Source: an uncultured bacterium
GTDB taxonomy: Bacteria > Fermentibacterota > Fermentibacteria > Fermentibacterales > JCC-6
Length of the DNA stretch: 64,000 nucleotides
Direction: 5' to 3'
NCBI GenBank assembly: GCA_964553045.1
Contig: CAZKJG010000011.1
Location: 4,644-68,643, forward strand
In this document: positions 21,100 through 30,819 of the stretch, in pieces
Layout of the letters: each line of letters begins with the position of its first letter
How positions within the stretch are numbered: the first letter of the stretch is position 1
Position numbers and translations under genes: made by a program
The notes under the pieces: model-generated
Told to the model about the DNA's origin: nothing
The model's database searches: none
What the model saw: the letters and a program-made list of their open reading frames with translations, nothing else

Positions 21100-23445
21100 T
21101 CAGTCCAGTACGTCCTCCACCTGCGAGTTCCAGGTAGCGTCGAAGGCCGCCCTCCAGGACCTCCCCTTCGCCAGCTCCCTGGCGGCCCTGGACATGCTTC
21201 TCAGGCGTTCGGGTGCGTCCATGAGCCTGGCTATGCCCTCCGCCAGGCAGCCTGGGTCCTTCCCCCGAACGATTATGCCCGTCTCTTCCGGCTCTACTAT
21301 CTCCCTGGGGCCTCCCATGTCGGTTACCACTGCCGGAAGGCCAGAGGAGTGGGCCTCCAGAACGACGTTGCCGTAGGTGTCGGTGGTGCTGGGAAAGACG
21401 AAGAGATCGCCCGAAGCGTATGCGGCGTAGAGCTCCTCGCCCTTCAGTATGCCGGTGAAGTAGCCGCCCCTGCCGGTGAGCTCCCGGACCATCTCACCCA
21501 GGTACGGTCCGTCTCCCACCACGAACAGCTCCACTTCCCTGCCCTCCCCGCGAAGCCGCTGAAGTGCCTCTCCCAGCACCTCCAGGTCCTTCTCCCGGGA
21601 GACGCGGCCTACGTACAGGAGCTTGAAGGAGCCCGGGCTTCCGCCGAACCGCTGAAAGAAGTCGGGGTCGCGGTGCCGGGGCGAGAATCGATCGCTGTCG
21701 ATTCCCCTGGGGAACAGGCGCATCTTGTTCCGGGGCACACCCTGCTGCTCCAGGTCGTCCATGTAGTAGCCGCTGGGCACCAGTACACGGTCCATGGCGC
21801 TCATGAACCAGCCGGTATAGGACCCGGCGATCTCGCCCATGCGGGCGTCCTGGACAATCCGGTTGACGTGTCGGGCGAAATCGGTGTGGTGGATGCCGAC
21901 GCAGGGGATTCCCAGCAGCTTACCGATGCCCAGCGCCACCAGCCCCACCGGCCCGGGCGTGGAGATGTAGAGCATCCCTATCCTGTTCTCGTCCACGAAG
22001 CGCAGCATCTCCAGGAAGGGGGGTATGGAGAGGGTCTTGGAGCTGTAATCCGGAATCGGGAACTCCTTGATCGGCTTGAAGTTCACGACCCAGCCCGGGA
22101 ATGAGACCGGCCTGTTCTGGCAGGACAGGACCGCCAGCTCCCTCTCGGTGTCGAGCGCCAGGCCGCTGTAGCGCTGCAGAGTCCTTGACACTCCGTTCAG
22201 ATCGTCGATGGTGTCGGTGAACCAGGCCCTCTTCCCCCCGTCCAGCCTGCCCAGCTCCTCCCCCGTCAGCTGGCGGGAGACCCGTCTTACCGCTTCCCTT
22301 CCTCGGCGCGAGATGAAGTAGAAGAGCGGGTAGGGGGCCGAGAGCATCAGTATCGGGGCCAGGGCCGTCACGGCCTCCAGCGCCTCCAGTATGCGTCCCC
22401 TCTCGATCCGCGACGCCAGCATGGTGATGAAGCGCTCGGCGAACCTGTTGGTCAGGTTGTTCATTATCTCGAAGGTACGCTCGTCTATGGTGCCACCCAG
22501 GTCGCTGCTGTTGATCCAGAGGTCCTTGCCTATCTCCAGCAGCTGGTCGTTCATGAACTCCTCCAGCTCCGAGCCCGCCACGGCCCTGCCGAGGACCCTG
22601 TGGAGCACGCCGTCTGCACGGTGCCAGAGCGTGGGCTCGGCCTCCGTGCTCAGGCCCGGCCGGAAGAACCTGTCGGCCGCCTCGGTGGTCATTCGGGGCA
22701 CCTTCTTGGACAGCATGCGGTCCCTGTAGAAGGAGTAGGCGATCGAGTACACCGAATACGCACCCCTTATCGCGCTTCCGTGATGGCCCCCGGGCAGCCC
22801 CTTCCCCATGCGGATGCCCTCCAGGTAGTCGTCCACGGTCTCCGCACCCCTGACACCGGTGTGGGTAAGCCCCAGGAACCTTCCGCAGTGATCATCGGAG
22901 CCCCCTACGAAACCGAAACCACGATCCAAGGTTTCCACTACCCTGCGGACGGCCTCGTTCTCCACCCTGGAGCGTCCCCCGTTCACCGCTTCCACGAGGT
23001 CTATCCTCTCCAGGACCTCCCTGAAGTCCGAAGCGGTCAGCGGAGCCCCCGGGAAGTGGAACGGATGGGCGAGAGCGGTTGCCACGCCCTGTTCCTCGAG
23101 GTAGTCCATCAGGACGTGGAAGTCGTCACGCAGCCGGGCGATCTCCTCGTGCTGGGCGGGATCAATCCCGAACACCAGCAGGTGCAGTATGGCGTCGCTT
23201 CCGGGCAGCCTCACCACTACCTCTTCGCTCAGGAATACGTTGTCCTGATGGGAGATGGACATGACGCCCTCGATGGTGTTTATGTCGGTGATGGTTACGA
23301 AATCCATGCCCCGTTCCATGGCCTTCTCGTACACCAGCTCCGGCGGGGTGAGGCTCTCGGGGACCTTCAGAGACCGCAGTATCCACAGGGATGTTTCCCG
23401 GGAATGGCTGGAGTGCACGTGCACGTCACAGAGCGCCGTTTTCAA
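21100..23445 (-). CDS. PHP-domain phosphoesterase fused to GT4 (group 1) glycosyltransferase
   Basis: The N-terminal 250 aa carry PHP motifs (CDVHVHSSHS..., DFVTITDIN). The C-terminal 390 aa are GT-B/GT4 (KRAWFTDTIDDLNGVSRT N-domain; EAHSSGLPAVVTD C-domain). Confidence 0.75.
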   Translation of the reverse strand: MKTALCDVHVHSSHSRETSLWILRSLKVPESLTPPELVYEKAMERGMDFVTITDINTIEGVMSISHQDNVFLSEEVVVRLPGSDAILHLLVFGIDPAQHEEIARLRDDFHVLMDYLEEQGVATALAHPFHFPGAPLTASDFREVLERIDLVEAVNGGRSRVENEAVRRVVETLDRGFGFVGGSDDHCGRFLGLTHTGVRGAETVDDYLEGIRMGKGLPGGHHGSAIRGAYSVYSIAYSFYRDRMLSKKVPRMTTEAADRFFRPGLSTEAEPTLWHRADGVLHRVLGRAVAGSELEEFMNDQLLEIGKDLWINSSDLGGTIDERTFEIMNNLTNRFAERFITMLASRIERGRILEALEAVTALAPILMLSAPYPLFYFISRRGREAVRRVSRQLTGEELGRLDGGKRAWFTDTIDDLNGVSRTLQRYSGLALDTERELAVLSCQNRPVSFPGWVVNFKPIKEFPIPDYSSKTLSIPPFLEMLRFVDENRIGMLYISTPGPVGLVALGIGKLLGIPCVGIHHTDFARHVNRIVQDARMGEIAGSYTGWFMSAMDRVLVPSGYYMDDLEQQGVPRNKMRLFPRGIDSDRFSPRHRDPDFFQRFGGSPGSFKLLYVGRVSREKDLEVLGEALQRLRGEGREVELFVVGDGPYLGEMVRELTGRGGYFTGILKGEELYAAYASGDLFVFPSTTDTYGNVVLEAHSSGLPAVVTDMGGPREIVEPEETGIIVRGKDPGCLAEGIARLMDAPERLRSMSRAARELAKGRSWRAAFDATWNSQVEDVLD

Positions 23446-23513
23446 GCCCGCTCCCGTCCGGTTGATGCTGGCGAATCAGCCCCGCAGCGCAGGTACGTAT
23501 GTATATGCACTGT

Positions 23514-24521
23514 TCACCTGCCGTTAACGAGTCCCCGGTTGACGACCAGCAGCCGCATGGGGCCCGAACCCGCCGCCAGCGTATCCACCGGCACCTGTTC
23601 GGCCGCATTCCAGACCAGAACTGCGTCCGCTCCGAAGCTGGCCACGTAGACCATCCCCCCGTGAAGGACGGCATCGGTGGCCGAGAAGCCGATGTCCCAG
23701 GTATTCGCAACGCCCGTGACATCGTAGGACAGCAGGCCCCCGCCATCCATTGCCAGCAGCCATCCGCAGCCCCAGGTCCTGGGCCGTGCGGAGATGCTGG
23801 GAGTGGCCGGCAGGTCCACCTGGCCCTGGACGGAGCCGCCCGGGGCCTTCAGCAATGTGACCACTCCCTCACCCTGGTAGGCGGTGGTCAGGACGTGCAC
23901 CCCTCCCTCCCCTACAGATGTGGCTTCGAAGGCGTTCTGAGGGGTCCCTACCGTATCGGTCACCTCCCACAGGGCCGGGTCGATCACCGAGACCATTCCG
24001 ATTGAATCGTACGTTCCGTAGCCGTGGCTCACCCAGAGCAGACCCTCGGAGGCTGCTATTCCGCTGGGGTACGGAGCGGTCTCCAGGTACCTCTCGACCG
24101 TCATGCCCGCGGGGTCTATCTCCGCGATTCGGTCTCCCATCAGGAGGGTGACGTAAAGCATGCCGTCCAGGCCCGCAATGGAATAGGGGTTTGAGCCCTC
24201 CGGCAGCTGGGAGCTGGAGGAGGGCGGGCCGGATTCGCCCAGATCGAAGAGCTCCACCCGGTCGTCAAGCGAGCATACTACGGCCAGCATGCCTCCTTCC
24301 GTCGCCATGGCGTCGTTGGGAGCGGAGCCGGTAACGTATGCCGAGCCCACCAGGGAATCCGCCCCAGGATAGTAGAGGTCAACGGTGTTCGAGAGGGTGT
24401 TTATCCAGACAATCACGTCCCCTGAGGGGTTCTCTCCCCCCGCCGGTCCAGCCGGGTCCGCGCAGCCCGAGAGCAGCCCGAAGACCATGACGACGGCCGT
24501 AGCACCTCGCACGATAGTCAT
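23514..24521 (-). CDS. beta-propeller-like surface lipoprotein
   Basis: Lipobox LLSGC after MTIVRGATAVVMVFG. Repeated beta-strand/turn segments. ATGA overlap with the upstream TonB-receptor gene. Confidence 0.45.
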   Translation of the reverse strand: MTIVRGATAVVMVFGLLSGCADPAGPAGGENPSGDVIVWINTLSNTVDLYYPGADSLVGSAYVTGSAPNDAMATEGGMLAVVCSLDDRVELFDLGESGPPSSSSQLPEGSNPYSIAGLDGMLYVTLLMGDRIAEIDPAGMTVERYLETAPYPSGIAASEGLLWVSHGYGTYDSIGMVSVIDPALWEVTDTVGTPQNAFEATSVGEGGVHVLTTAYQGEGVVTLLKAPGGSVQGQVDLPATPSISARPRTWGCGWLLAMDGGGLLSYDVTGVANTWDIGFSATDAVLHGGMVYVASFGADAVLVWNAAEQVPVDTLAAGSGPMRLLVVNRGLVNGR

Positions 24522-26491
24522 TCTGCCCCCTTCCAATCCAGCATGAGCCTGGCGCCCCGGGGATCGCCCGGATAGCCGTCGGTCACCTCGTAGTCCCTGC
24601 CGGTCAGGTTTTCGGCGTTCAGCCTGAGTCGCAGGCGGGATGAGAGCTCGACCGTCATTCCGGCCGCCAGAAGCCAGTAGCCCGGAATGTAATCGGTCTG
24701 GGTTCGATTGCGGTAGGAGAGGCTCCGGCCGCTAACCCCGAAGCTGAGCGCCACCTTCCCCAGGTCCAGACGCGCCTCCCCCCCTCCCACCAGGTCCGGG
24801 CGGTAGGGCATGCGGCACCCGTAGCTGACCGCGCCCTCGGTGCGGTCAACCGACGACGCGGCGGTAAGGCTGCCGCAAAGGCCCGCCCGTCCCAGCTCGA
24901 CCTCTCCCTGCAGCTCGAAGCCCATCCGCCTGACGCGGGCTACGTTCTTCGGCCTCCATACGTTTTCACCGTCCGGCAGCCAGGTGATCTGGTCACGGGT
25001 GGAGGCAAGGTAGCCGCATGCCGATGCCCGCGCACCGCCCCAAGAGCCGGCCAGGCCCAGCTCTCCCTCCACGGCCGTTTCCGGGTCCAGGTCGGGATTG
25101 CCCTCGGCGAAGGGGTCGCTCGGCCAGTGAAGGTCGTTGAAGGTCGGCCTCCTGAAGCTCCTCGAGACGCTTCCGTACGCCATCAGGCCCCCAAGGGGCA
25201 TCGGCAGCGAGACGGAGGCGGAGGCACTGGTGCCGGCGGCCTCTCCCCCGGCGGCATCGGCCGCGGCCTCCGCCCGCAGGGAAATCGGGCCCAGCTCCTC
25301 AGCCGTTGCCAGCCGCGCGCTTGCGGAGGTTCTTCGATGGGTTCCCAAAGCGGTGCTGGCTACACCCTCCGTTCTGCCCCCGATTCCGACGGACAGCCAT
25401 TCGGACAGGTTCCACAGAGCCTCTGCCGCGGCGGACAGATGACGGTGTGTGTCGTCGGTCGGCTCGGGGAAGTCGGCCCGGTACCGCATGGCCTCGCCGA
25501 AGCAGTCGAGGGACAGCGATACCGGGCCTCCGCCGATGTCGGCCCATCCCGCGAAGCCGGTGGTCCGACGCCGTCCGGACGCTTCCGGGGACCATGTGGG
25601 GGCCTCGGTGGCTCCGGATGCCCAGCGGGCCATGCCTCCCCACCGGAAACCTTCCTCCAGCCCCGACAGCAGCCCGGAGGCCGCCATTCCCTGGCCTTCC
25701 CCCGTAAGTCTCCGCATGCTGACGGTCAGGCCGGCCCCCTGCATGCCCGCGGCGGCCCGGACTCCCGCGGAGCCCGCGGTCCCCAGCCAGGCCTGCAGCA
25801 TGTCCGGGGCATCCGGACTGCGACTCAGCAGGTTCACGGTGCCGGATATGGCCCCCGGCTTCGAGGAGGAGGCGCCGCCCCGGGCTATCTCCAGCGCCCG
25901 GAACATTCCCATGTCCAGCTCTGCCGGCACCATTCCGTCGAGGGGACTCTGCAGGGCGTGGCCGTCTATCGAGAAGCCGGTCTGCCCGGCCTCGGCGCCC
26001 CGCAGGGACATCGATACCACCGGCATGCCGCCGCCGTACTGGCGTACGTATATGCCGGGCGCGGCGGAGTTCAGCCGCTGTGCCAGTCCAACGGGCGGTC
26101 GGTCGAGCGTCTCCCCAGTCAGCAGGGTGGTAGAGGGTGCCCTTTCGCGCATGAGACCGCTGGTCTCCCCCGTGACCGGTATTACCACTCCCGAGGGCAC
26201 CGCCGAGGCCCTGAGCACGATGAGGGAATCGCCGGAGACGATTCCGCTCCAGGTCCTGTAGCCGAGAGCCAGGATCCGCACTCGTCCCGGGTAGGGAGGA
26301 AGCTCGGCCCGGCCGCAGCTGTCGGTCGTCAGCCCCTCGGCATTCCCCGCGTACACAATTGCCCGGACCGGCCGGCCCATGGCGTCCAGGACCCGAAGGA
26401 CCGGTCCGCCCGCCGCGGCCGCCGATTCCAGCAGCAGAGCCATCAGTAATGGATACAGTATTCTCAGATCGCCACCTCCGGCCGGAGGCAT
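24518..26491 (-). CDS. TonB-dependent outer-membrane receptor (SusC-like: CarbopepD_reg N-domain + plug + beta-barrel)
   Basis: Plug motif (LTGETLDRPPV...GIYVRQYGGG...SMSLRG...SIDGHALQSP). Long Gly/aromatic-rich strand region. Start is uncertain (26491 or 26443). The C-terminus is not a terminal Phe. Confidence 0.6.
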   Translation of the reverse strand: MPPAGGGDLRILYPLLMALLLESAAAAGGPVLRVLDAMGRPVRAIVYAGNAEGLTTDSCGRAELPPYPGRVRILALGYRTWSGIVSGDSLIVLRASAVPSGVVIPVTGETSGLMRERAPSTTLLTGETLDRPPVGLAQRLNSAAPGIYVRQYGGGMPVVSMSLRGAEAGQTGFSIDGHALQSPLDGMVPAELDMGMFRALEIARGGASSSKPGAISGTVNLLSRSPDAPDMLQAWLGTAGSAGVRAAAGMQGAGLTVSMRRLTGEGQGMAASGLLSGLEEGFRWGGMARWASGATEAPTWSPEASGRRRTTGFAGWADIGGGPVSLSLDCFGEAMRYRADFPEPTDDTHRHLSAAAEALWNLSEWLSVGIGGRTEGVASTALGTHRRTSASARLATAEELGPISLRAEAAADAAGGEAAGTSASASVSLPMPLGGLMAYGSVSRSFRRPTFNDLHWPSDPFAEGNPDLDPETAVEGELGLAGSWGGARASACGYLASTRDQITWLPDGENVWRPKNVARVRRMGFELQGEVELGRAGLCGSLTAASSVDRTEGAVSYGCRMPYRPDLVGGGEARLDLGKVALSFGVSGRSLSYRNRTQTDYIPGYWLLAAGMTVELSSRLRLRLNAENLTGRDYEVTDGYPGDPRGARLMLDWKGAE

Positions 26492-26718
26492 ACGGGCTGG
26501 CCGGCAGCCGGCCTGGTGGGGCCGTTCCGCCGTGCCGCGGCGCAGTATCCTGACTTCCGGATCGTCCCCACGCCCCGCCTTCCCGCCCATTCGGGCAGTG
26601 GCCGCGTGTCGGGCTCGGGTCCCCGGTTACAGTGGCGCCACCGTGACGGACTCGCACCGTCTTCCTGCGCACCCGCAGCTCGGTTTTCCCAGTGTCTGTG
26701 CAACGGGAATATATTCGC

Positions 26719-28029
26719 TCAGGGCTCCGCCCAGAAGTCCCTTCGGGTCTCCTCCCCCTCCGCCATGGCCATCGCCTGGCCTATGGAGTGGTCCATGTTG
26801 TTGTACCAGAAGCTGCCGCAGCGGCCCAACAGAAAGAGCCCTTCGGGGGGGATGAGCATCTGCAGTCTGCTCCTGTATTCCAGATCGTATAACGGGTAGG
26901 TCTCGGCGATGCGAAGCGGCTCTACGAACTCAACGCTGCCCGGATCCACCGCGCCCACCCTTTCGAGGTCGGCGACTACGCGGTCGGTCATCTCCTCGGG
27001 CCGTCTCCACGTTTCGCTGTTCGAAGAGCAAGTCAACTCGGCCGTTATGCTGTCGCCGCCGGGGGGCACGGTGGCGGACGAGAAGTTCGAGGGAATCGTC
27101 GTGCGGCTGAAGCTTATGTCCTCCTGGCCGAAGTAGCACCACTGGTAGTCGTTGCCCTGCGGCTCTGCGAGTCCCACGCAGTAGAGAACCGTGTTGATGA
27201 ACTCGAGCCCCGAGTCGGGGTAGAGCACCGGCAGTGGCGCTGACCAGTATACCTCGTCGGCCTCCAGGGCTTCCCCATCCTCCAGCCTCACGCCCCGCAC
27301 CCTGTCTCCGTCCTGGAGGATGCCGGCCGCCGGGCAGCAGGTTCTTAGCAGGCCTCCCCTGCTCTTGATACGTCCGGCAAGCAGGTCGGAGAATAGCTGT
27401 ATTCCTCCTTCGGATGGGTATATAAAGCTGGTAGATACCGGCTTGGGAAGCAGCAGTCCGGCCAGGAGCGACACGAGGCTGTCGGCCCTGACCCTCTTGT
27501 CGATCACCGCCCGGTTGACACCCGCCTCCGCCCAGTCCGAGTGGAGATCCTCCGCGTCCAGGCCTGTGAACTTGCGGGTATAGCCGCTGAAGAAGAAGTT
27601 GTAGAGGTTTGGACCGTAACGGGTTCGAATATGGTCGGCGAACGAGCGGACCTCGCCCCCTCCCCGGCGGAACAGGTCCAGGAAGCTCGAAGCCAGGACC
27701 CGCAGAGGCAGGCCCAGTACCGTCCCCAGGGTGAGAGGCCATGTGTTGTAGCGGCCCAGGAGGTAGACGGAGCTTGCCCTCGGAATGGTTATCCTGCGGC
27801 CGTCCAGAACGTCCTCCACGTACTCCAGGACCTTTCCGTCAACAGTGTGAAAGCGGTGCGGGCCGATATCGAACAGGAAATCACCGTGCTGAAAGGTCCT
27901 GGCCAGCCCGCCGACTCTGCTGCCCCTCTCCAGGAGCACAAGAGAGACGCCGTCGCCTTCCCTTTCCAACAGCCTCTCCGCCAGCGTGAGTCCGGCCACG
28001 CCGCCGCCGACCACCACCACCCTCTTCAC
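26719..28029 (-). CDS. FAD/NAD(P)-dependent oxidoreductase (amine-oxidase/protoporphyrinogen-oxidase-like fold)
   Basis: N-terminal dinucleotide-binding VVVGGGVAGLTLAERL...LLERGSRVGG. Second GG/GD motifs and a C-terminal FAD-binding GR.GS segment. Confidence 0.7.
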   Translation of the reverse strand: MKRVVVVGGGVAGLTLAERLLEREGDGVSLVLLERGSRVGGLARTFQHGDFLFDIGPHRFHTVDGKVLEYVEDVLDGRRITIPRASSVYLLGRYNTWPLTLGTVLGLPLRVLASSFLDLFRRGGGEVRSFADHIRTRYGPNLYNFFFSGYTRKFTGLDAEDLHSDWAEAGVNRAVIDKRVRADSLVSLLAGLLLPKPVSTSFIYPSEGGIQLFSDLLAGRIKSRGGLLRTCCPAAGILQDGDRVRGVRLEDGEALEADEVYWSAPLPVLYPDSGLEFINTVLYCVGLAEPQGNDYQWCYFGQEDISFSRTTIPSNFSSATVPPGGDSITAELTCSSNSETWRRPEEMTDRVVADLERVGAVDPGSVEFVEPLRIAETYPLYDLEYRSRLQMLIPPEGLFLLGRCGSFWYNNMDHSIGQAMAMAEGEETRRDFWAEP

Positions 28030-29030
28030 CTCTTGCTCCCCCCCTCGGAACGTCGCCTGCGTGAGAGAACGGCCGGAAGCGCGACCAGCATTATCGCGAC
28101 GGCCATGAACAGCCAGAGTATGTGCACGGCGAAGCCTGCGCGCACAACCTCCGCGCCGGATATTCCGGCAAGAGCGAAACCCGCCGTCCAGCCCGCCTCT
28201 ACGGTTCCCACCCCCAGCAGGCCGTGCACCGGAAGGGCCATGGTCAGGTCGGTGACGGCAAATGCGGTGAAGAGCTTCCAGACGGGCAGGTGGCCCAGCT
28301 CAATGGAGACGGCTCTGAGAAGCGAGAGGAACATCAGCATCTTGAGCGCCCAGACGCACAGCGAGAGCGCCAGGCCGCCCACCAGCCTGAGGGGGCTGTT
28401 GCGGTAGCTGGATGCGCACCGGAGCTCGCGGAACCACCTGAGTAGTGCGTGGCCGCGGGACAGCCTCACAGAGGCGGCAGCGACCGGACGCCTTATCCAG
28501 CGGAGTATCCAGGGCATCAGCAGGACTCCCAGGACCCCCGCGGCCGCCACGCCGGGAGCGATCGCCGCTGCGGCTCCGCCCGTTCCGAAGGCGACGACCA
28601 CGGCGACCACGGAGCCCATGGCCACCAGGTCGAGGAGCTTGGAGACTATGACCACCCCGGTCCCGTCACCCAGGGGAACGGCGGCGTGATGCCGGAAAAG
28701 GCCCACCATGGCCACGTCCGACAGCCGTACGGGCAGCAGGTGTCCCAGGCCTATGTGCACGGATGTGAGCGGAACGGTCCTGCGCAGGGTGAGAGGGGTC
28801 CGAAGGGCAAGCACCTTCCACCGTACCGCCCGCATCAGCTGGCTGGCCACGAACAACCCCAGCCCCAAGGCAAGCAGCCCGGGGTCGGCTCCGGAGAGGC
28901 TGCGGCCCACGGAATCCGCAACTGCGCTCAGACCGCCCGACGCCCTGACCAGGAACCAGGCGAGAACCCCGCCGAGAACGACTCCGGCCAGGGCTCTTGC
29001 TGTTCTTCTTCCCATTTCCGATAATCCCAC
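28026..29030 (-). CDS. integral membrane protein of the UPF0104 / MprF flippase-domain (lysylphosphatidylglycerol-synthase TM region) family
   Basis: About 8 TM helices. Conserved Arg-rich loops after TM1 (RAVRWKVL). 4-nt overlap with the oxidoreductase. Confidence 0.5.
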   Translation of the reverse strand: MGLSEMGRRTARALAGVVLGGVLAWFLVRASGGLSAVADSVGRSLSGADPGLLALGLGLFVASQLMRAVRWKVLALRTPLTLRRTVPLTSVHIGLGHLLPVRLSDVAMVGLFRHHAAVPLGDGTGVVIVSKLLDLVAMGSVVAVVVAFGTGGAAAAIAPGVAAAGVLGVLLMPWILRWIRRPVAAASVRLSRGHALLRWFRELRCASSYRNSPLRLVGGLALSLCVWALKMLMFLSLLRAVSIELGHLPVWKLFTAFAVTDLTMALPVHGLLGVGTVEAGWTAGFALAGISGAEVVRAGFAVHILWLFMAVAIMLVALPAVLSRRRRSEGGSKR

Positions 29031-29071
29031 TTCCCTGTAGATGAAGATTCGGCCGGGCAGGAAACCAGATT

Positions 29072-29986
29072 ATGATCCAAATCCGGGGCATCTCCAAATC
29101 CTTCGGCAGGACAGTGGCGCTGAGGGACGTAAGCCTCGAGGTTGCCGCGGGATCCTCCATGGCCCTGCTGGGCCCCAACGGGGCGGGAAAGACAACACTT
29201 GCGAAGATAGTGCTGGGCCTGGTCATGGCGGACTCCGGAAGTGCCTCCATCGGCTCCGTGCCGGTCACTGCCCCCTCCTCTCGCCGGGGAGTGCGCTACC
29301 TGCCCGAGAACGTGGTCTTCCATGCGTGGGCGAGGCCCATGCAGCTCTTCGGGCAGCTGGAGCGGATTCGGCGCTCCTCCACCCCCCTCCAGTTCCGCGA
29401 GAGGGCCTCGCAGCTGGCCTGCGACCACCTGCTCGACCGGCCCATGGGCAAGATGTCCCGCGGGCAGCGGCAGCGCATCGCCCTGGCCCTCTGCACGTGC
29501 GGAAGCCCCGGGATTCTCATACTGGATGAACCCTCCAGCGGTCTCGATCCGGAGGGACGCGTCCATCTGCGGAAGCTGATCCGCAGCCTGTCGGCCCAGG
29601 GCGCCACGCTGCTTCTGAACTCGCATCTTCTGGGAGAGGTGGAGAGCGTATGCCGTCGAGCCGCCTTCATCCGTGAGGGCAGTCTGGTCGGAGAGGGCGA
29701 CCTCGAGGAGCTCTCCCGGACCCGGGGAGAGGTGGAGGTATGGTCGGATACCCCCCGTGAGATGGCGGACGCCCTGCGCGGTCTCGGGCTGGAAGCGCAA
29801 GTGGGGCCGGACTCCGGGACCGTGCTCGTTCGGCTGGGGCCGCATGCAGAGGAAGTCAGGGATGTTGCCGCAGCCGTACTGGAGTCGGGAATCGGCTTTT
29901 CGGGTATGCGTCGGCGCAGGGAAAGCCTGGAGGACATATTCCTGAGGATGATGAAGGGGGACGGACCTGTTTCTGAACACGCTTGA
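29072..29986 (+). CDS. ABC transporter ATP-binding protein
   Basis: Walker A GPNGAGKTT, signature MSRGQRQR, Walker B ILILDEPSSGLD, H-loop. Confidence 0.85.
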   Translation: MIQIRGISKSFGRTVALRDVSLEVAAGSSMALLGPNGAGKTTLAKIVLGLVMADSGSASIGSVPVTAPSSRRGVRYLPENVVFHAWARPMQLFGQLERIRRSSTPLQFRERASQLACDHLLDRPMGKMSRGQRQRIALALCTCGSPGILILDEPSSGLDPEGRVHLRKLIRSLSAQGATLLLNSHLLGEVESVCRRAAFIREGSLVGEGDLEELSRTRGEVEVWSDTPREMADALRGLGLEAQVGPDSGTVLVRLGPHAEEVRDVAAAVLESGIGFSGMRRRRESLEDIFLRMMKGDGPVSEHA

Positions 29987-30038
29987 GCACCTGCTGCGCA
30001 GGAAGCTGCTGCTCATCGCCCTGCTCGCCGCCCTGGCC

Positions 30039-30812
30039 ATGCTCCTGCTGTTCTGGTGGGGCGTCTCAGAGGCGGCGGAGGCCTTCCACTCCGGGGAGAT
30101 GTCGCAGGGCGGGCCGTCCCCGGTCAGCGAGCCGGATGTGGCCCTTGGCGCCGTTCTGATAGGCAGCATGGGAGCCTCCATGCTCCTTACCGCCCTTACC
30201 GTGATACTCTGCGCATCGGTGCTCCCCGAGGAGTTCGAGACCGGCAGGATATCCCTCTGGGCCGCGCTCCCCATGTCCCGTTTCAGGCTCTACCTGGGCT
30301 CCACATCCGCCTCCCTGGCGTGCTGCTTCGCCCTGGGAGTGCTGCTGTTCGGAGGGGTAACGGTGGTCACGTCCATGTACCTGAGCTTCAGCCCGGAATC
30401 CGTGGTCATGGCGGCTCTCAGCATGGTCGCCTGGCTGGGTGTGATATGGGCCACGGTTACGGCCATGTCCATGGTAACCGGCAAGATACCGGCCATTCTG
30501 ATGACATTCGGACTCTGCGGACTGGCCTCTTTCGGAGGGGGATTCATCCAGCTGGGCGGCGTTGTGCCCGAGGTTACGGAGTCCGCCGTATACCGTCTGG
30601 CCGTGGGCTTCAGGCTGATCTTCCCCTCCGACATGGCCCTGAGGGGTCTGCTCTTCGGCATCATGCCGGCACAGGGCATGGTCAAGGAGGGGATGGCCTT
30701 CGTGGGGGTCTCCCAAAGCACTCCCGCGTGGCATCCCCTCTACGCGGCGGTCTGGACCTCGGTCATGACGGCCATGGGAATACTCCGCTTCCGGGGAAGG
30801 GACCTTCCCTAG
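30039..30812 (+). CDS. ABC-2 type transporter permease
   Basis: Six hydrophobic helices. An N-terminal TM-like segment (LLRRKLLLIALLAALA) is encoded upstream of the first ATG, without a canonical start. Confidence 0.55.
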   Translation: MLLLFWWGVSEAAEAFHSGEMSQGGPSPVSEPDVALGAVLIGSMGASMLLTALTVILCASVLPEEFETGRISLWAALPMSRFRLYLGSTSASLACCFALGVLLFGGVTVVTSMYLSFSPESVVMAALSMVAWLGVIWATVTAMSMVTGKIPAILMTFGLCGLASFGGGFIQLGGVVPEVTESAVYRLAVGFRLIFPSDMALRGLLFGIMPAQGMVKEGMAFVGVSQSTPAWHPLYAAVWTSVMTAMGILRFRGRDLP

Positions 30813-30819
30813 ATAGTCC

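Noticed and set aside
25127-26672. Overlapping 440-aa (+) and 457-aa (-) ORFs
   Set aside because: Both lie inside or out of frame with the TonB-dependent receptor gene. Arg/Gly-rich, with no signal peptide or motifs.
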